A stretch of DNA of 64,000 nt from Senegalimassilia sp. (GCA_963652365.1 CAVJTH010000001.1:62760-126759); one strand, 5' to 3'; counted from the first letter of the stretch, positions 48,072-59,147 are shown. The notes: generated by a model from the letters alone, not told the origin. Made by a program: numbers and translations.

Positions 48072-49997
48072 ATGCAGCCGATTCGTAACATTGCGATCCT
48101 CGCCCATGTCGATGCGGGAAAGACGACCCTTTCGGAGCGTATTCTCTTTACCGCGGGCGAAGTGCGCCTTCCGGGAAACGTGGAAGACGGCCTGGCGACG
48201 ATGGACTATCTGCCCGAGGAGCGGAAGCGCGGCATCACGATCGAATCGGGCGTGGCGCATTTCGAATGGCGCGGAATCTGGTTCAACTTTATCGATACGC
48301 CGGGTCACGTGGATTTTGGCGCCGAAGTCGATATGGCGCTGTCTTCTGTCGATGGGGCGGTTCTCGTCATCTCTGCAACGGACGGTGTGGAAACGCAGAC
48401 CCTTTCCGCCTGGAAGAAGTTGCGGGAAAATGGCGTCCGCACGATCGTTTTCATCAACAAGCTGGACAACTCCGCAAGCTCGCTCGACGAAACGCTGATC
48501 GCCGTCGAGGAATATCTCGGTGCGCGGCCCGTGCTGCTTTCCGTTCCGGAATTCGAAACGGTTCGGGGCGAGCGAAAGGTTCGCTCCGAGCTGGATGTCG
48601 TGAGCGGAATGCGGCTCGTGCTTTCGGATGGCCGCGAAGAACCCGAGCCGCTCGACGAATCCGCGGCAAAGGCGACGTGGAAATCCGTCTATGCGGAAGC
48701 GGTCGAGGCGGCGTCCGAATTTGACGACGAGATTCTTTCGCTTGCGCTCGAAGGGAAAAGCGTCCCGCCGAAGACGCTCGTGCGCGGACTGAAAGCGCTG
48801 GCGTCGTCGGACAGGCATGTTCTTTGCTATGCGGGTTCCGCCAGGGAAAATCTGGGAGTGCGCAGCCTGATGACCGGGCTTTCGTTCTTCTTGCCGGATC
48901 CGCCGAAGTTCAGGAAAAGGTTCCTGGGCGAAGTGATCCGCTTGCGGCATTTTCAGGAGAGCGGGGAGATTTCCCTGTTCCGGAGCATGGCGAATCTCGA
49001 AAAGGCGAAGTGGCCCGAAGGTGTCGAGTTCTTTCGATTGAAGGCTTCGACTCTCGAACCGGTTCCGCGGATCTTGGCGGGCGATATCTATGCTCTCCGC
49101 TCGCCACGGGAACTCTCGCTCGGGGAAAGAATCGGCCTGGACGGGACGGTTGCGGAAAGGAGCGCTTCCCTGAAACGCTACGATTCGCTTTTGCAGACGC
49201 ATCTCGAATGCGTTCGCGCGGAAGATTTCTTTTCGGTGGAGAAAAGTCTCCGGCTGCTGAGCCGGATGGATCCTTCTATCCGCGTGACGCCGCATCCCGA
49301 GGCAGGCTTCTGGGTCTTGCATACGGTCGGCGAAGTCCAGCTGGAAGTGATTCTCGAACGGCTCAAGCGGGAATTCGGCTGTGACGTCCGGGCGGGAAAT
49401 CCCGACGTGCTGTGGCAGGAACGCTTGAAGGCATCGCTTTCTCCGGTGGAAAACTCCTTCCAGGCGGGACCGTTTTCGGTAAGGCTTTCCCTTGCCGCCA
49501 AAAGGCTTCCCGAAACTTCGACGGAAATTTCGCTTGCAGGGAGCGCCTTGAAGGGGCTCTCGCCCGATGTTCTCGCGGGCCTCCAGTCGGCGGTCTCGGA
49601 ATGCGCCTCGGTCGGGATTTTGGGCAAGGGCGCGCTTGTCGGGGTGGAATTTTCAATCGACGAATTTTCCGTCATCGAAAACGCTCCGGTCCCGATGATC
49701 AAGAAGGCCTGCTCGGATGCGGTCGCAAAGCTCGTTCGCCCGTCGGACATTTGCCTGTATGAACCGTATATGGAGCTTTCGCTCGAATGCCCGGCGGAAT
49801 ATGCGGGGCTTCTTGGCGGCGACGTTCTCGCTCGCGAAGGAAAGATAGTCTCGGTCGGCGGAAACGGCGTGTTGCATTCGCTTGTCGCGGAGCTTCCGCT
49901 GCGGAGGCTGTTCGGCTACGCAACGGCGGTTCGCTCCGGGTGCAAGGGTCGCGCGGAATACTCGCTGCGCTTTTTGGAATATCGAAGGGCGAAATAG
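48072..49997 (+). CDS. divergent EF-G-family translational GTPase (EF-G paralog or ribosomal-protection-like)
   Basis: 641 aa. G1 AHVDAGKTT, RGITI, G3 DTPGH, G4 NKLD. EF-G-like later domains are present (GEVQLEVILERLKREFG; EPYMELSLECP; LFGYATAVRSGCKGRAEYSLRF). Confidence 0.85.
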   Translation: MQPIRNIAILAHVDAGKTTLSERILFTAGEVRLPGNVEDGLATMDYLPEERKRGITIESGVAHFEWRGIWFNFIDTPGHVDFGAEVDMALSSVDGAVLVISATDGVETQTLSAWKKLRENGVRTIVFINKLDNSASSLDETLIAVEEYLGARPVLLSVPEFETVRGERKVRSELDVVSGMRLVLSDGREEPEPLDESAAKATWKSVYAEAVEAASEFDDEILSLALEGKSVPPKTLVRGLKALASSDRHVLCYAGSARENLGVRSLMTGLSFFLPDPPKFRKRFLGEVIRLRHFQESGEISLFRSMANLEKAKWPEGVEFFRLKASTLEPVPRILAGDIYALRSPRELSLGERIGLDGTVAERSASLKRYDSLLQTHLECVRAEDFFSVEKSLRLLSRMDPSIRVTPHPEAGFWVLHTVGEVQLEVILERLKREFGCDVRAGNPDVLWQERLKASLSPVENSFQAGPFSVRLSLAAKRLPETSTEISLAGSALKGLSPDVLAGLQSAVSECASVGILGKGALVGVEFSIDEFSVIENAPVPMIKKACSDAVAKLVRPSDICLYEPYMELSLECPAEYAGLLGGDVLAREGKIVSVGGNGVLHSLVAELPLRRLFGYATAVRSGCKGRAEYSLRFLEYRRAK

Positions 49998-50284
49998 GAA
50001 GGTTCGGAATTACAGGAGGATTTATGCCTAATGGCAATTCTCGCAGTTCGGAGCTTGTTTTCCATGGAAGAGATCTTTGGAAACAAGATATTGCCGGTGG
50101 ACAAGACGGCAACGCGACTTCCGGATATGTCAAAAGTTGACCTGTTGCTGGAACCCGGATTGGAAAAGGAAAGAGTCAAATCGGCGATACTGGATGAAGC
50201 GATCGGGATAGTTTGCGAAGAAGCTTGAAATAATACGGCGCACAGCAAGGATGAGAGTTGTAAAGACTTTATACTCCGCAGTTC

Positions 50285-50812
50285 TTGGAGTTGCCCGATG
50301 CTCCAATTTCGCCGGAAGCTGTCGAGACCTTCAACTGGACTTATCGGGAAGCCAACGAAAGGTTGGCTTTTGAAATGTCAAAGTACATTGTGGATAATTT
50401 CTTGTATGCGGAAGACATTCCCCTGACGACGTATCCGAATACCGAAATCACGATGCATCTGGACGCAAACCGCTATCCCGATCTGGAAATCTTGACCCAC
50501 GAATTTAAACATGTCGTGGATTTGCCTCTTTTGCAAAATTTGGTGTATATTTATGGACTGAACGAGTTCCGCAAATTGGATTGGGCGTTGCGTGCCGTCC
50601 GTGGCAAGGACTGGTGCTGGTCGAATATCAAAGGGAAGCTCGATGCTTGGATTACAGCCAATGATTCTTTATTGGACGCGGGGCTAAAAAATATGCAAGA
50701 CAGGCTTGACTTTATGGAGAACGAAAATACCCTTGGGCAGCACCGGTATAGCAACATTCCGCTTCTCAAGGAAGTCTATGACGAATATCTTTCCAAAATA
50801 TTGAAACCATAA
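50285..50812 (+). CDS. hypothetical protein with HExxH motif (possibly frameshifted)
   Basis: TTG start in the track. Contains ILTHEFKHVVD. A signal-peptide-like ORF (ATG50251, MRVVKTLYSAVLGVA..) lies in another frame just upstream. The region is AT-rich. Confidence 0.45.
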   Translation: MELPDAPISPEAVETFNWTYREANERLAFEMSKYIVDNFLYAEDIPLTTYPNTEITMHLDANRYPDLEILTHEFKHVVDLPLLQNLVYIYGLNEFRKLDWALRAVRGKDWCWSNIKGKLDAWITANDSLLDAGLKNMQDRLDFMENENTLGQHRYSNIPLLKEVYDEYLSKILKP

Positions 50813-50823
50813 AAAAACAAATC

Positions 50824-51384
50824 TTGTCGATTCTTTTTGTCGTGGGGATTTCCTTTGCCGTTTCCGCAAAGGATTTCCCCTGTATTTCGAAACTGGATGA
50901 AAATGAAAAATGCTGGGCGCTTGTAAAAGACCCGCGCGACGGGCAGAAGTACCTCTCGATAAAGGCGTGCAAGCCTCTTTCCGAAGGAGGAGCTTGTCAC
51001 ATACATTATGTGGAAAATTCTCGATACAAGTCGCCGAATGCCGAGTGTGGCAAAGGAAAGGATTTTTATTACGGCTGCCTTTATACGATGCAAGAAGAAA
51101 AATTCGCCTGTCCGGATTTTGGAGTTGAAACTAGTTGTAGGCTTTATTTTGAATGGCGACCGACATATAAAGTGACTAGTAGAGAATATGCAAAGCTGAG
51201 AAAAAAGATATTGAACAAGGAATTGCCCGAAGTAAAAGAGATGTTCTTTTACCGCCAAGGCGATAGAATCGCAAAAACGCCTGGTCATAGAGCGTGGGTG
51301 AGTGTTGATGGAAAATGGGGTGAGACGACGATCGTAAAGAAAAAATATTATTACGCCTGTGAATTTTGGGTGCCCGGGGAGTGA
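50824..51384 (+). CDS. hypothetical Cys-rich secreted protein
   Basis: 186 aa with a signal-like N-terminus and 10 Cys residues. The DPRDGQKY block resembles the start of the F. succinogenes paralogous domain. The region is AT-rich. Confidence 0.5.
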   Translation: MSILFVVGISFAVSAKDFPCISKLDENEKCWALVKDPRDGQKYLSIKACKPLSEGGACHIHYVENSRYKSPNAECGKGKDFYYGCLYTMQEEKFACPDFGVETSCRLYFEWRPTYKVTSREYAKLRKKILNKELPEVKEMFFYRQGDRIAKTPGHRAWVSVDGKWGETTIVKKKYYYACEFWVPGE

Positions 51385-51636
51385 AGTCTCAGCAATGGAA
51401 GGCTGCCGAAAGGGACCCTATAACACGAAAACGTCAAAACGGGTCTCTGTTAAATTGCTTACGCGAAAAAAGTGTATTCCGCCGGAATACACTTTCTTTG
51501 TCGGAGGCCTTTCCAAACGCGAAAAGTTTGGTAACTTTGTTTCGGATTGAATTGGGGGATGGAGGAATCTTCTCGATGCAATCCAAGGAGGGACGCAGGG
51601 TGAACCGGTCGTCTCTCTGATTGTCTCCGCAAACGC

Positions 51637-51666
51637 AAGCGCTCCGGACTTTTGTCCGGAGCGCTT
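51637..51666. terminator. 13-bp-stem hairpin between convergent genes
   Basis: aagcgctccggac-tttt-gtccggagcgctt, flanked by a second inverted pair tgtctcc/ggagaca. Confidence 0.65.
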
Positions 51667-51688
51667 GAACCTTGAAGGAGACAGAATG

Positions 51689-52597
51689 TTACATCAGCTG
51701 TCGAAGCTCCGTTTCGGAAAGTCCGGTCGCCGACGCGATAGCGGTTAACGGAAAGCCCTGCGCAAGGAGCTTTTGGGCGATTTCAGCGCAAGCTTCCTTT
51801 CGTCCTTTTTCCAGCCCCGTTTTGATGGCGTAGTCCTGGATCGCGTATTCGTCCCACTTTCGCATCTGTTCCAAGTCGATCATCTTCTGTTCCTCTTTCG
51901 TCAATCTAGATAATTTCGAGACGGAGAACAATAGTTCAAAGGGCGTGCCCGCGTAGGATTCCGGCATCTCGCGGAGCTTCTTGATGTTCTTCAGCGCGAA
52001 GAGCCCCCGGTCGAGTGTCGAGGCCAGCTCGCTTTCCGTCTTCCTGAACTTCGGAAGCTCGATGAACGCGAAGAGGAGTGTCTTGGCAATGGCCGTTCCG
52101 TCGCTATCGCGTAGCTTCGCCCGGTGGAGACACTCCTTGTCGTCAAAGATCTCGAACTCCATGAAGATGACGGTGACGACCGGGTCGAGCGAATACTTGT
52201 AGCGGATTCCGCGCTCGCCCTGGGAGACGATGCTCTGGGCCGCATAGAAAATCGCCCGGTTCACGATGTTCTCCTGCTTCGCTATCTGCACCTCGATGAT
52301 GAACCGCCTGTTCCTTTCGTCAATGCAATAGAGATCGAAGACCGAGATCCGGTTCTCGTTCGATCCGCCACGGCACTCCTTGTCGCGGGACTTCACGTCG
52401 GAGATGGGGCTTTCGATCTCGCCTTCGAGGACCGCGTTCAGAAGCGCGATGAGGCATTTCTTGTTCTGGGTGTCGGGATTGAACGCCTTCTTGAACGTGA
52501 CGTCGAGCAGGAGGTCCGCATAGACGCCCGCGCCGCGAAACTTCTCGAATGGCTCGATCCGGGGCGATTCTTCCTTGGATATGTCCTTGTCTTTCAT
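51689..52597 (-). CDS. Rpn-family recombination-promoting nuclease / PD-(D/E)XK 'putative transposase'
   Basis: Uses internal ATG52597. YADLLLDVTFKKAF...VFDLYCIDERNRRFIIEVQIAKQ...FYAAQ fits the PDDEXK_2/Rpn pattern. Confidence 0.75.
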   Translation of the reverse strand: MKDKDISKEESPRIEPFEKFRGAGVYADLLLDVTFKKAFNPDTQNKKCLIALLNAVLEGEIESPISDVKSRDKECRGGSNENRISVFDLYCIDERNRRFIIEVQIAKQENIVNRAIFYAAQSIVSQGERGIRYKYSLDPVVTVIFMEFEIFDDKECLHRAKLRDSDGTAIAKTLLFAFIELPKFRKTESELASTLDRGLFALKNIKKLREMPESYAGTPFELLFSVSKLSRLTKEEQKMIDLEQMRKWDEYAIQDYAIKTGLEKGRKEACAEIAQKLLAQGFPLTAIASATGLSETELRQLM

Positions 52598-52901
52598 GAC
52601 TTTTTCCTTTGCGGGGAGGGCCGCGATTCGGACGGGACGGTTTTCCCTATCCGTATCTAGAGACGCCGTTTGGCGGAATTTGTACACTGGAAATCGTGAA
52701 AAATTTTGATTACAGAAGAGCCGGGTTCTTGCGATTGGCAATTGGGTCCGAAATTTGCCAGAAATGTCGATTCTTTTTGAAAATGATCGCGCATTCGAGA
52801 AAACATCCGTCTCGGGACGCAATGAAGATTCGCTCTTTTCAAGAATGCGCTAGAAGCTTCTTGTTGATAATTTGTCAATACATTGGAGATATTTCTCCGT
52901 T

Positions 52902-52966
52902 TGTATAATTTTTGTAAAAAATTTTCCTTGAAACCTTGTTTTTTGTGCGAAACTCAACTAAATTTG
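52902..52966 (+). promoter_or_regulatory. candidate promoters for tuf copy 2 and the S10 operon
   Basis: Two candidates: an extended -10 TGTATAAT (52902-09), and TTGTTT (52936-41), 17 nt, then TAAATTTG (52959-66). They lie 105-165 nt upstream of the tuf ATG. Confidence 0.35.
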
Positions 52967-53071
52967 GGGTCTCAAATTCGGAAAGTAGCGCTTCCTATGC
53001 TTTTCGGATATCAGGATGAAATTCATCCGCGGATTTGAAGCGATAAACCTTCTGGTGAAGAAGAGGATAAA

Positions 53072-54265
<1,194 letters not shown>

Positions 54266-54268
<3 letters not shown>

Positions 54269-54574
54269 GCTGGTGAACGCATTCGTATTTGCCTGAAGTC
54301 GTTCGATCATCGCATGATTGATCGTTCTGCCCAGGACATTGTAAATACGGCAAAAAATACGGGAGCCCGCATCGCGGGTCCCATTCCTCTCCCGACCAAG
54401 ATTCAAAAGTACACGGTTCTTCGTTCTCCGCACGTAAACAAGACTTCGCGCGAACAGTTCGAGTCCCGTACCCACAAACGCTTGATTGACATTCTGGATG
54501 CTACTCCGCAGACCGTGGATTCGCTGATGAAGTTGGATCTGCCCGCTGGTGTCGAAGTCGAAATTAAGGTGTAA
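54266..54574 (+). CDS. rpsJ: 30S ribosomal protein S10
   Basis: [26 protein letters not shown]. Confidence 0.97.
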
Positions 54575-54578
54575 AACA

Positions 54579-55196
54579 ATGAACGGTATTCTTGCAAAAA
54601 AGCTGGGAATGACCCAAGTGTTCACGGATAACGGCGAATGCGTCCCTGTGACGGTTCTCGAAGCCGGTCCGTGCGTGGTCGTTTGCCACAAGACAGAAGA
54701 AAAAGACGGCTATACCGCGATTCAGGTCGGTTTTGGCCTCGTCAAGGAAAGTCGCGCTGACAAGGCGACCATCGGACATTTCAAGAAGGCAAACCTCGAC
54801 GTTCGCGGTTACCTCGCTGAATTCGATGTCGAAAACCTTGAAGACTGGCCTATCGGCAAGGAATTTGGCGCTGCGGACTTTGCAGACGTGAAGCTGGTCG
54901 ATGTCTCTGGAATTTCCAAGGGACACGGCTTTTCCGGCACTGTCAAGCGCTACAACTTCCACACGGGTCCGCGCGGTCACGGTACGCACAATATCCGCGA
55001 ACCGGGTGGTCTTTCCGCTCACTCCTATCCGGGACGCGTTTTCCCGGGTAAGCGCATGGCCGGTCAGTATGGAAACAAGAAAGTCACCGTCAAGCACCTC
55101 CAGGTGGTCAAGGTTGACGGCGAACGCAATTTGATTTTTGTTCGCGGTGCCGTTCCGGGACCGAAGAACGGAGTCATCGTGGTGAGGAAAGGCTAA
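54579..55196 (+). CDS. rplC: 50S ribosomal protein L3
   Basis: Uses internal ATG54579. [15 protein letters not shown]. Confidence 0.95.
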   Translation: MNGILAKKLGMTQVFTDNGECVPVTVLEAGPCVVVCHKTEEKDGYTAIQVGFGLVKESRADKATIGHFKKANLDVRGYLAEFDVENLEDWPIGKEFGAADFADVKLVDVSGISKGHGFSGTVKRYNFHTGPRGHGTHNIREPGGLSAHSYPGRVFPGKRMAGQYGNKKVTVKHLQVVKVDGERNLIFVRGAVPGPKNGVIVVRKG

Positions 55197-55819
55197 TGGC
55201 AAAGGCAAAGCTCTACGCCGCTAGCGGCGAATTCAAGAATGAAATGGACCTTCCGGCGATGTTCGATTCTCCGATCAACAAGGTCTGCGTTTATCTGCAC
55301 ATCAAGGCGATTCTCAACAACCGTCGTCAGGGCACGGCCCAGACCAAGACCCGTTCTCAGGTCAGCGGCGGTACGACAAAGCCCTGGAAGCAGAAGGGCA
55401 CCGGTCGCGCACGTGCCGGTCAGAACACTTCTGCCGTCTGGGTCCGCGGTAACAAGGCTCACGGTCCGAAGTCCCATGACTATTTCGAAAAGGTGAACAA
55501 GAAGGTGAAGCGCATCGCGTTCCACTCCGCCCTTTCCGACAAGGCCAAGGAAGGAAAGGTCCTCGTGTTCGAAAGCCTCTCCTTCGAAGCTCCGAAGACG
55601 AAGGATTTTCTCGCCGTCGTCAACAAGGCCGGTCTCGAACAGCGCAACGCGCTCTTCCTCGTCGGTTCGAACGACAAGAATCTCCGTCTTTCGTCGGCCA
55701 ACGTTCCTTGGGTGCGTACGGCTCGGGTGCAAGACGTGAACACCTATGATCTCGTTCGCGCAAACAATATCGCGATTTCCCAGGAAGCTCTGGGAGAACT
55801 CACTGGAGGTTCCAGATGA
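55196..55819 (+). CDS. rplD: 50S ribosomal protein L4
   Basis: 207 aa. RRQGTAQTKTRSQVSGGTTKPWKQKGTGRARAG. Confidence 0.95.
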   Translation: MAKAKLYAASGEFKNEMDLPAMFDSPINKVCVYLHIKAILNNRRQGTAQTKTRSQVSGGTTKPWKQKGTGRARAGQNTSAVWVRGNKAHGPKSHDYFEKVNKKVKRIAFHSALSDKAKEGKVLVFESLSFEAPKTKDFLAVVNKAGLEQRNALFLVGSNDKNLRLSSANVPWVRTARVQDVNTYDLVRANNIAISQEALGELTGGSR

Positions 55820-56118
55820 AAGAACTCCACGAAATCCTGGTCGAACCGCACATTACCGAAAGTTCTTCCAAGGCGATGGTGAACCCGCGCACGGGTGTCC
55901 GTCAGTATGTCTTCAAGGTCGCTCTTTCCGCTACCAAGCCGGAAATCAAGAATGCTATCGAATCCCGCTTTGGCGTGAAGGTCGATTCCGTGAACACCTT
56001 GATCAACCGTGGCAAGATGAAACGTGTACGCAATGCTGTAGGCAAGAAGTCCAACTGGAAAAAGGCTTACATCACGTTGCAGGCTGGCAACAAGATTGCC
56101 GAGATTGAAGGAGTCTAA
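55816..56118 (+). CDS. rplW: 50S ribosomal protein L23
   Basis: 100 aa. [26 protein letters not shown]. Confidence 0.95.
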   Translation: MKELHEILVEPHITESSSKAMVNPRTGVRQYVFKVALSATKPEIKNAIESRFGVKVDSVNTLINRGKMKRVRNAVGKKSNWKKAYITLQAGNKIAEIEGV

Positions 56119-56120
56119 CA

Positions 56121-56954
56121 ATGGGTCTGAAAAGCTATAGACCTCTTACCCCGACGCTGCGCTACAAGCAGTTGAACGATAAGAAGGAAATCACGGCTGA
56201 CAAGCCGTACAAGCCTCTTACCGTCGGTAAAAAGCGCAGCTCCGGTCGCAGCAACGTGGGCGAAATCACTTCCCGTCGTCGTGGCGGCGGACACAAGAAG
56301 TGCTACCGTATCATCGACTTCAAGCGTAATCGTGTCGGCATTCCCTGCACGGTCGAGACCGTTGAATACGATCCGAACCGTTCGGCCCGTATCGCGCTTG
56401 TCAAGTATGCGGACGGCAAGCGTCAATACATTATCGCTCCGGCGAACATCAAGGTCGGCGATGTGCTGAAGTCCGGCGTCGGTGCGGAATATCGCATCGG
56501 CAACGCCCTTCCTCTGAAGGACATTCCGCTGAACGCGATGATTCACAACATCGAAATGATCCCGGGCAAGGGTGCGCAGATCGCTCGATCCGCCGGTGCC
56601 GGTGCGGAACTTGTCGCCAAGGATGGCAAGCTCTGCCAGGTCCGTCTTCCGAGCGGTGAAATCCGCTTGATTCCGGAAGATTGCCTTGCGACGATCGGTC
56701 AGGTTTCGAATATCGACCACATGAACGAATCTTCGGGCTCTGCCGGTCGTTCTCGCTGGCTCGGCATTCGTCCGTCTGTTCGCGGTGTCGTGATGAACCC
56801 GGTTGATCACCCGCTCGGCGGTGGTGAAGGTCGAACCTCCGGTGGCCGTCACCCCTGCTCTCCGTGGGGCAAGAACTGCAAGGGCAAGAAAACCCGTAAC
56901 AACAAGCGTACCGATCACTACATTGTGCGTCGTCGTCAGAAGAAGAGGGCATAA
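56121..56954 (+). CDS. rplB: 50S ribosomal protein L2
   Basis: 277 aa. [36 protein letters not shown]. Confidence 0.97.
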   Translation: MGLKSYRPLTPTLRYKQLNDKKEITADKPYKPLTVGKKRSSGRSNVGEITSRRRGGGHKKCYRIIDFKRNRVGIPCTVETVEYDPNRSARIALVKYADGKRQYIIAPANIKVGDVLKSGVGAEYRIGNALPLKDIPLNAMIHNIEMIPGKGAQIARSAGAGAELVAKDGKLCQVRLPSGEIRLIPEDCLATIGQVSNIDHMNESSGSAGRSRWLGIRPSVRGVVMNPVDHPLGGGEGRTSGGRHPCSPWGKNCKGKKTRNNKRTDHYIVRRRQKKRA

Positions 56955-56957
56955 GCT

Positions 56958-57239
56958 ATGTCGAGATCCATTAAGAAAGGCGCTTTCGTGGATTCCCACG
57001 TTTTGGTCAAGACCAAGGCAATGGCCAGTTCCGACAAGAAGCAGCCCATCAAGACCTGGTCCCGTCGTTCCACCATCATTCCCGATATGGTCGGCTTGAC
57101 TTTTGCCGTTTACAATGGCAAGCAGTTCATTCCGGTCTATGTCACCGAGAATATGGTCGGACACAAACTGGGTGAATTTTCTCCCACTCGTATCTTCCGC
57201 GGCCACCGCAAGGCTGAAGCTGCAGGAGGAGCTAAATAA
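56958..57239 (+). CDS. rpsS: 30S ribosomal protein S19
   Basis: 93 aa. [15 protein letters not shown]...[11 protein letters not shown]. Confidence 0.97.
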   Translation: MSRSIKKGAFVDSHVLVKTKAMASSDKKQPIKTWSRRSTIIPDMVGLTFAVYNGKQFIPVYVTENMVGHKLGEFSPTRIFRGHRKAEAAGGAK

Positions 57240-57595
57240 TGAAAGCTATCGCAAAAGTCAAGAACATCCGCTACGGTGTTCGCAAGCTCCGTCTGGTTGC
57301 GGACCTGATGCGCGGCAAGTCCGTCGATCAGGCGTTCGCCATGCTTTCCGTCCTTCGCAACAAGAAGAAAGGCGCTCCGATCGTCGAGAATGCGATCAAG
57401 TCCGCGGTTGCGAACTACAAGCAGAAGGCTTCTGGTGTCGTGACGACAGAAGAACTCAAGATCGCGGCGATCTCCGCCGATGGCGCGACGATCATGAAGC
57501 GCATGCGTCCGCGTTCCCATGGAAGCGCAGACCGTCTCGCGAAGCCGCTCTCCCATTTGACCGTCGTTGTCGCTGACAACGCTGATAAGGAGTAA
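57239..57595 (+). CDS. rplV: 50S ribosomal protein L22
   Basis: 118 aa. RKLRLVADLMRGKSVDQA. Confidence 0.95.
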   Translation: MKAIAKVKNIRYGVRKLRLVADLMRGKSVDQAFAMLSVLRNKKKGAPIVENAIKSAVANYKQKASGVVTTEELKIAAISADGATIMKRMRPRSHGSADRLAKPLSHLTVVVADNADKE

Positions 57596-57598
57596 ACT

Positions 57599-58264
57599 AT
57601 GGGTCAGAAAACTCATCCGTATGGTCTTCGTCTCGGCGTGATTGACGACTGGCAGTCGAAGTGGTATGCCGAAAACGACAAGTTCGCCGACTTCCTCTAC
57701 GAGGACATCGTGCTGCGTCGTTACCTGATGAAGCGTTTCGAACATGCCTCCCTTTCGAAGGTCGGCATCGAACGTACCGTCAAGAAAGTGAACGTGAACC
57801 TCTTTACCGCTCGCCCGGGCGTCGTCATCGGCAAAAAAGGCGAAGAATTGGAACGTCTCAAGAGCGAACTCCAATATCTGACCGGCAAAGAAATCTATAT
57901 TAGCGTCCACGAAATCAAGCGTCCCGAGGCCGATGCGAAGCTCGTTGCCGAAAACATCGCTCGCCAGCTTGAAAAGCGTGTTTCTTTCCGTCGTGCGATG
58001 AAGCGTGCGATGCAGAGCGCGATGCGCATGGGTATCGAAGGCGTCAAGATCCAGTGCGGCGGTCGTCTCGGCGGTGCCGAAATCGCTCGTGTCGAAAAGT
58101 ATGCCGAAGGCCGCGTGCCGCTGCACACTCTTCGTGCCGATATCGACTATGCGACCGCTACCGCCAAGACCGTCTATGGCGCTGTCGGTGTCAAGGTCTG
58201 GATCATGCACGGTGAAAAGATTGGCAAGGACGTCTTTTCGTCTGAACCTAAGAGAGAGAAGTAA
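57599..58264 (+). CDS. rpsC: 30S ribosomal protein S3
   Basis: 221 aa. [14 protein letters not shown]... Confidence 0.97.
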   Translation: MGQKTHPYGLRLGVIDDWQSKWYAENDKFADFLYEDIVLRRYLMKRFEHASLSKVGIERTVKKVNVNLFTARPGVVIGKKGEELERLKSELQYLTGKEIYISVHEIKRPEADAKLVAENIARQLEKRVSFRRAMKRAMQSAMRMGIEGVKIQCGGRLGGAEIARVEKYAEGRVPLHTLRADIDYATATAKTVYGAVGVKVWIMHGEKIGKDVFSSEPKREK

Positions 58265-58266
58265 TT

Positions 58267-58680
58267 ATGCTGAGTCCTAAAAGAACTAAGTTCCGCAAAG
58301 AACAGAAACGCCGCATGAAAGGCCGCGCAACGAGCGGCGACACGATTGCTTTCGGCGAATATGGAATGCAGGCTCTCGAAAAGTGCTGGATTACGGCGCG
58401 CCAGATTGAAGCTGCCCGTATCACGATGACCCGCACCATCAAGCGCGGCGGGCACATCTGGATCCGCATTTTCCCCAACAAGCCGGTAACTCGTCACCCT
58501 GCGGAAGCTCGTATGGGTAAGGGCAAGGGCGCTGTCGAATTCTGGGCAGCTGTCGTTCTTCCGGGTCGCATCATGTTCGAAATGGACGGTGTGGACCGTG
58601 ACCTTGCCTTCAAGGCTCTTCGCGATGCCGCTCAGAAGTTGCCGATCAAAGTCAAAATCGTGGAGGCTTCGGAGATCTAA
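58267..58680 (+). CDS. rplP: 50S ribosomal protein L16
   Basis: 137 aa. [19 protein letters not shown]. Confidence 0.97.
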   Translation: MLSPKRTKFRKEQKRRMKGRATSGDTIAFGEYGMQALEKCWITARQIEAARITMTRTIKRGGHIWIRIFPNKPVTRHPAEARMGKGKGAVEFWAAVVLPGRIMFEMDGVDRDLAFKALRDAAQKLPIKVKIVEASEI

Positions 58681-58874
58681 TGAAAGCACGCGAACTTAAG
58701 GAATTGAGCAACGAGCAGCTCCAGGAAAAGCTTTCCCAGCTGAATCTGGACCTGTTCAACAACCGGTTCTCTGCAAAGACTGGCAACAGCGTAGAGAAGC
58801 CCGTCACGATGCGTTCCATCCGCAAGGATATCGCCCGCATCAAGACCATTCTTACCGAAAGGGCCAAGGCGTGA
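58680..58874 (+). CDS. rpmC: 50S ribosomal protein L29
   Basis: 64 aa. [18 protein letters not shown]. Confidence 0.93.
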   Translation: MKARELKELSNEQLQEKLSQLNLDLFNNRFSAKTGNSVEKPVTMRSIRKDIARIKTILTERAKA

Positions 58875-58892
58875 GCCGGCAGGAGCAAAAAA

Positions 58893-59147
58893 ATGGATAG
58901 AAACTCTCGCAAAATGAGACAGGGTGTCGTTTCGTCCAGCGCGATGGACAAGACGATTACGGTTGTGGTCGAAGACCGCAAGCGTCACCCGATTTACAAC
59001 AAGATCATGAAATCCTCGTCGAAGTTCAAGGCTCATGACGAAAAGAATGAAGCTGAAGTCGGCGATACCGTGGAAATCATGGAAACCCGTCCCCTTTCCG
59101 CAACGAAGCGCTGGCGCTTGGTCCGGATCGTGGCAAAGAAGAAGTAA
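58893..59147 (+). CDS. rpsQ: 30S ribosomal protein S17
   Basis: 84 aa. [25 protein letters not shown]. Confidence 0.95.
   Translation: MDRNSRKMRQGVVSSSAMDKTITVVVEDRKRHPIYNKIMKSSSKFKAHDEKNEAEVGDTVEIMETRPLSATKRWRLVRIVAKKK

Noticed and set aside
48072-49997. Calling this gene fusA (canonical EF-G) because of its position between rpsG and tuf
   Set aside because: It is too short and too divergent, the domain IV tip motif is not conserved, and it is separated from rpsG by 9 kb and several terminators. It is reported as an EF-G-family paralog instead.
51689-52597. Annotating the Rpn/PD-(D/E)XK gene as an insertion sequence or mobile element
   Set aside because: No terminal inverted repeats or target-site duplication were seen around it, and its GC content resembles the host. 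Rpn-family genes are frequently domesticated stand-alone nucleases.
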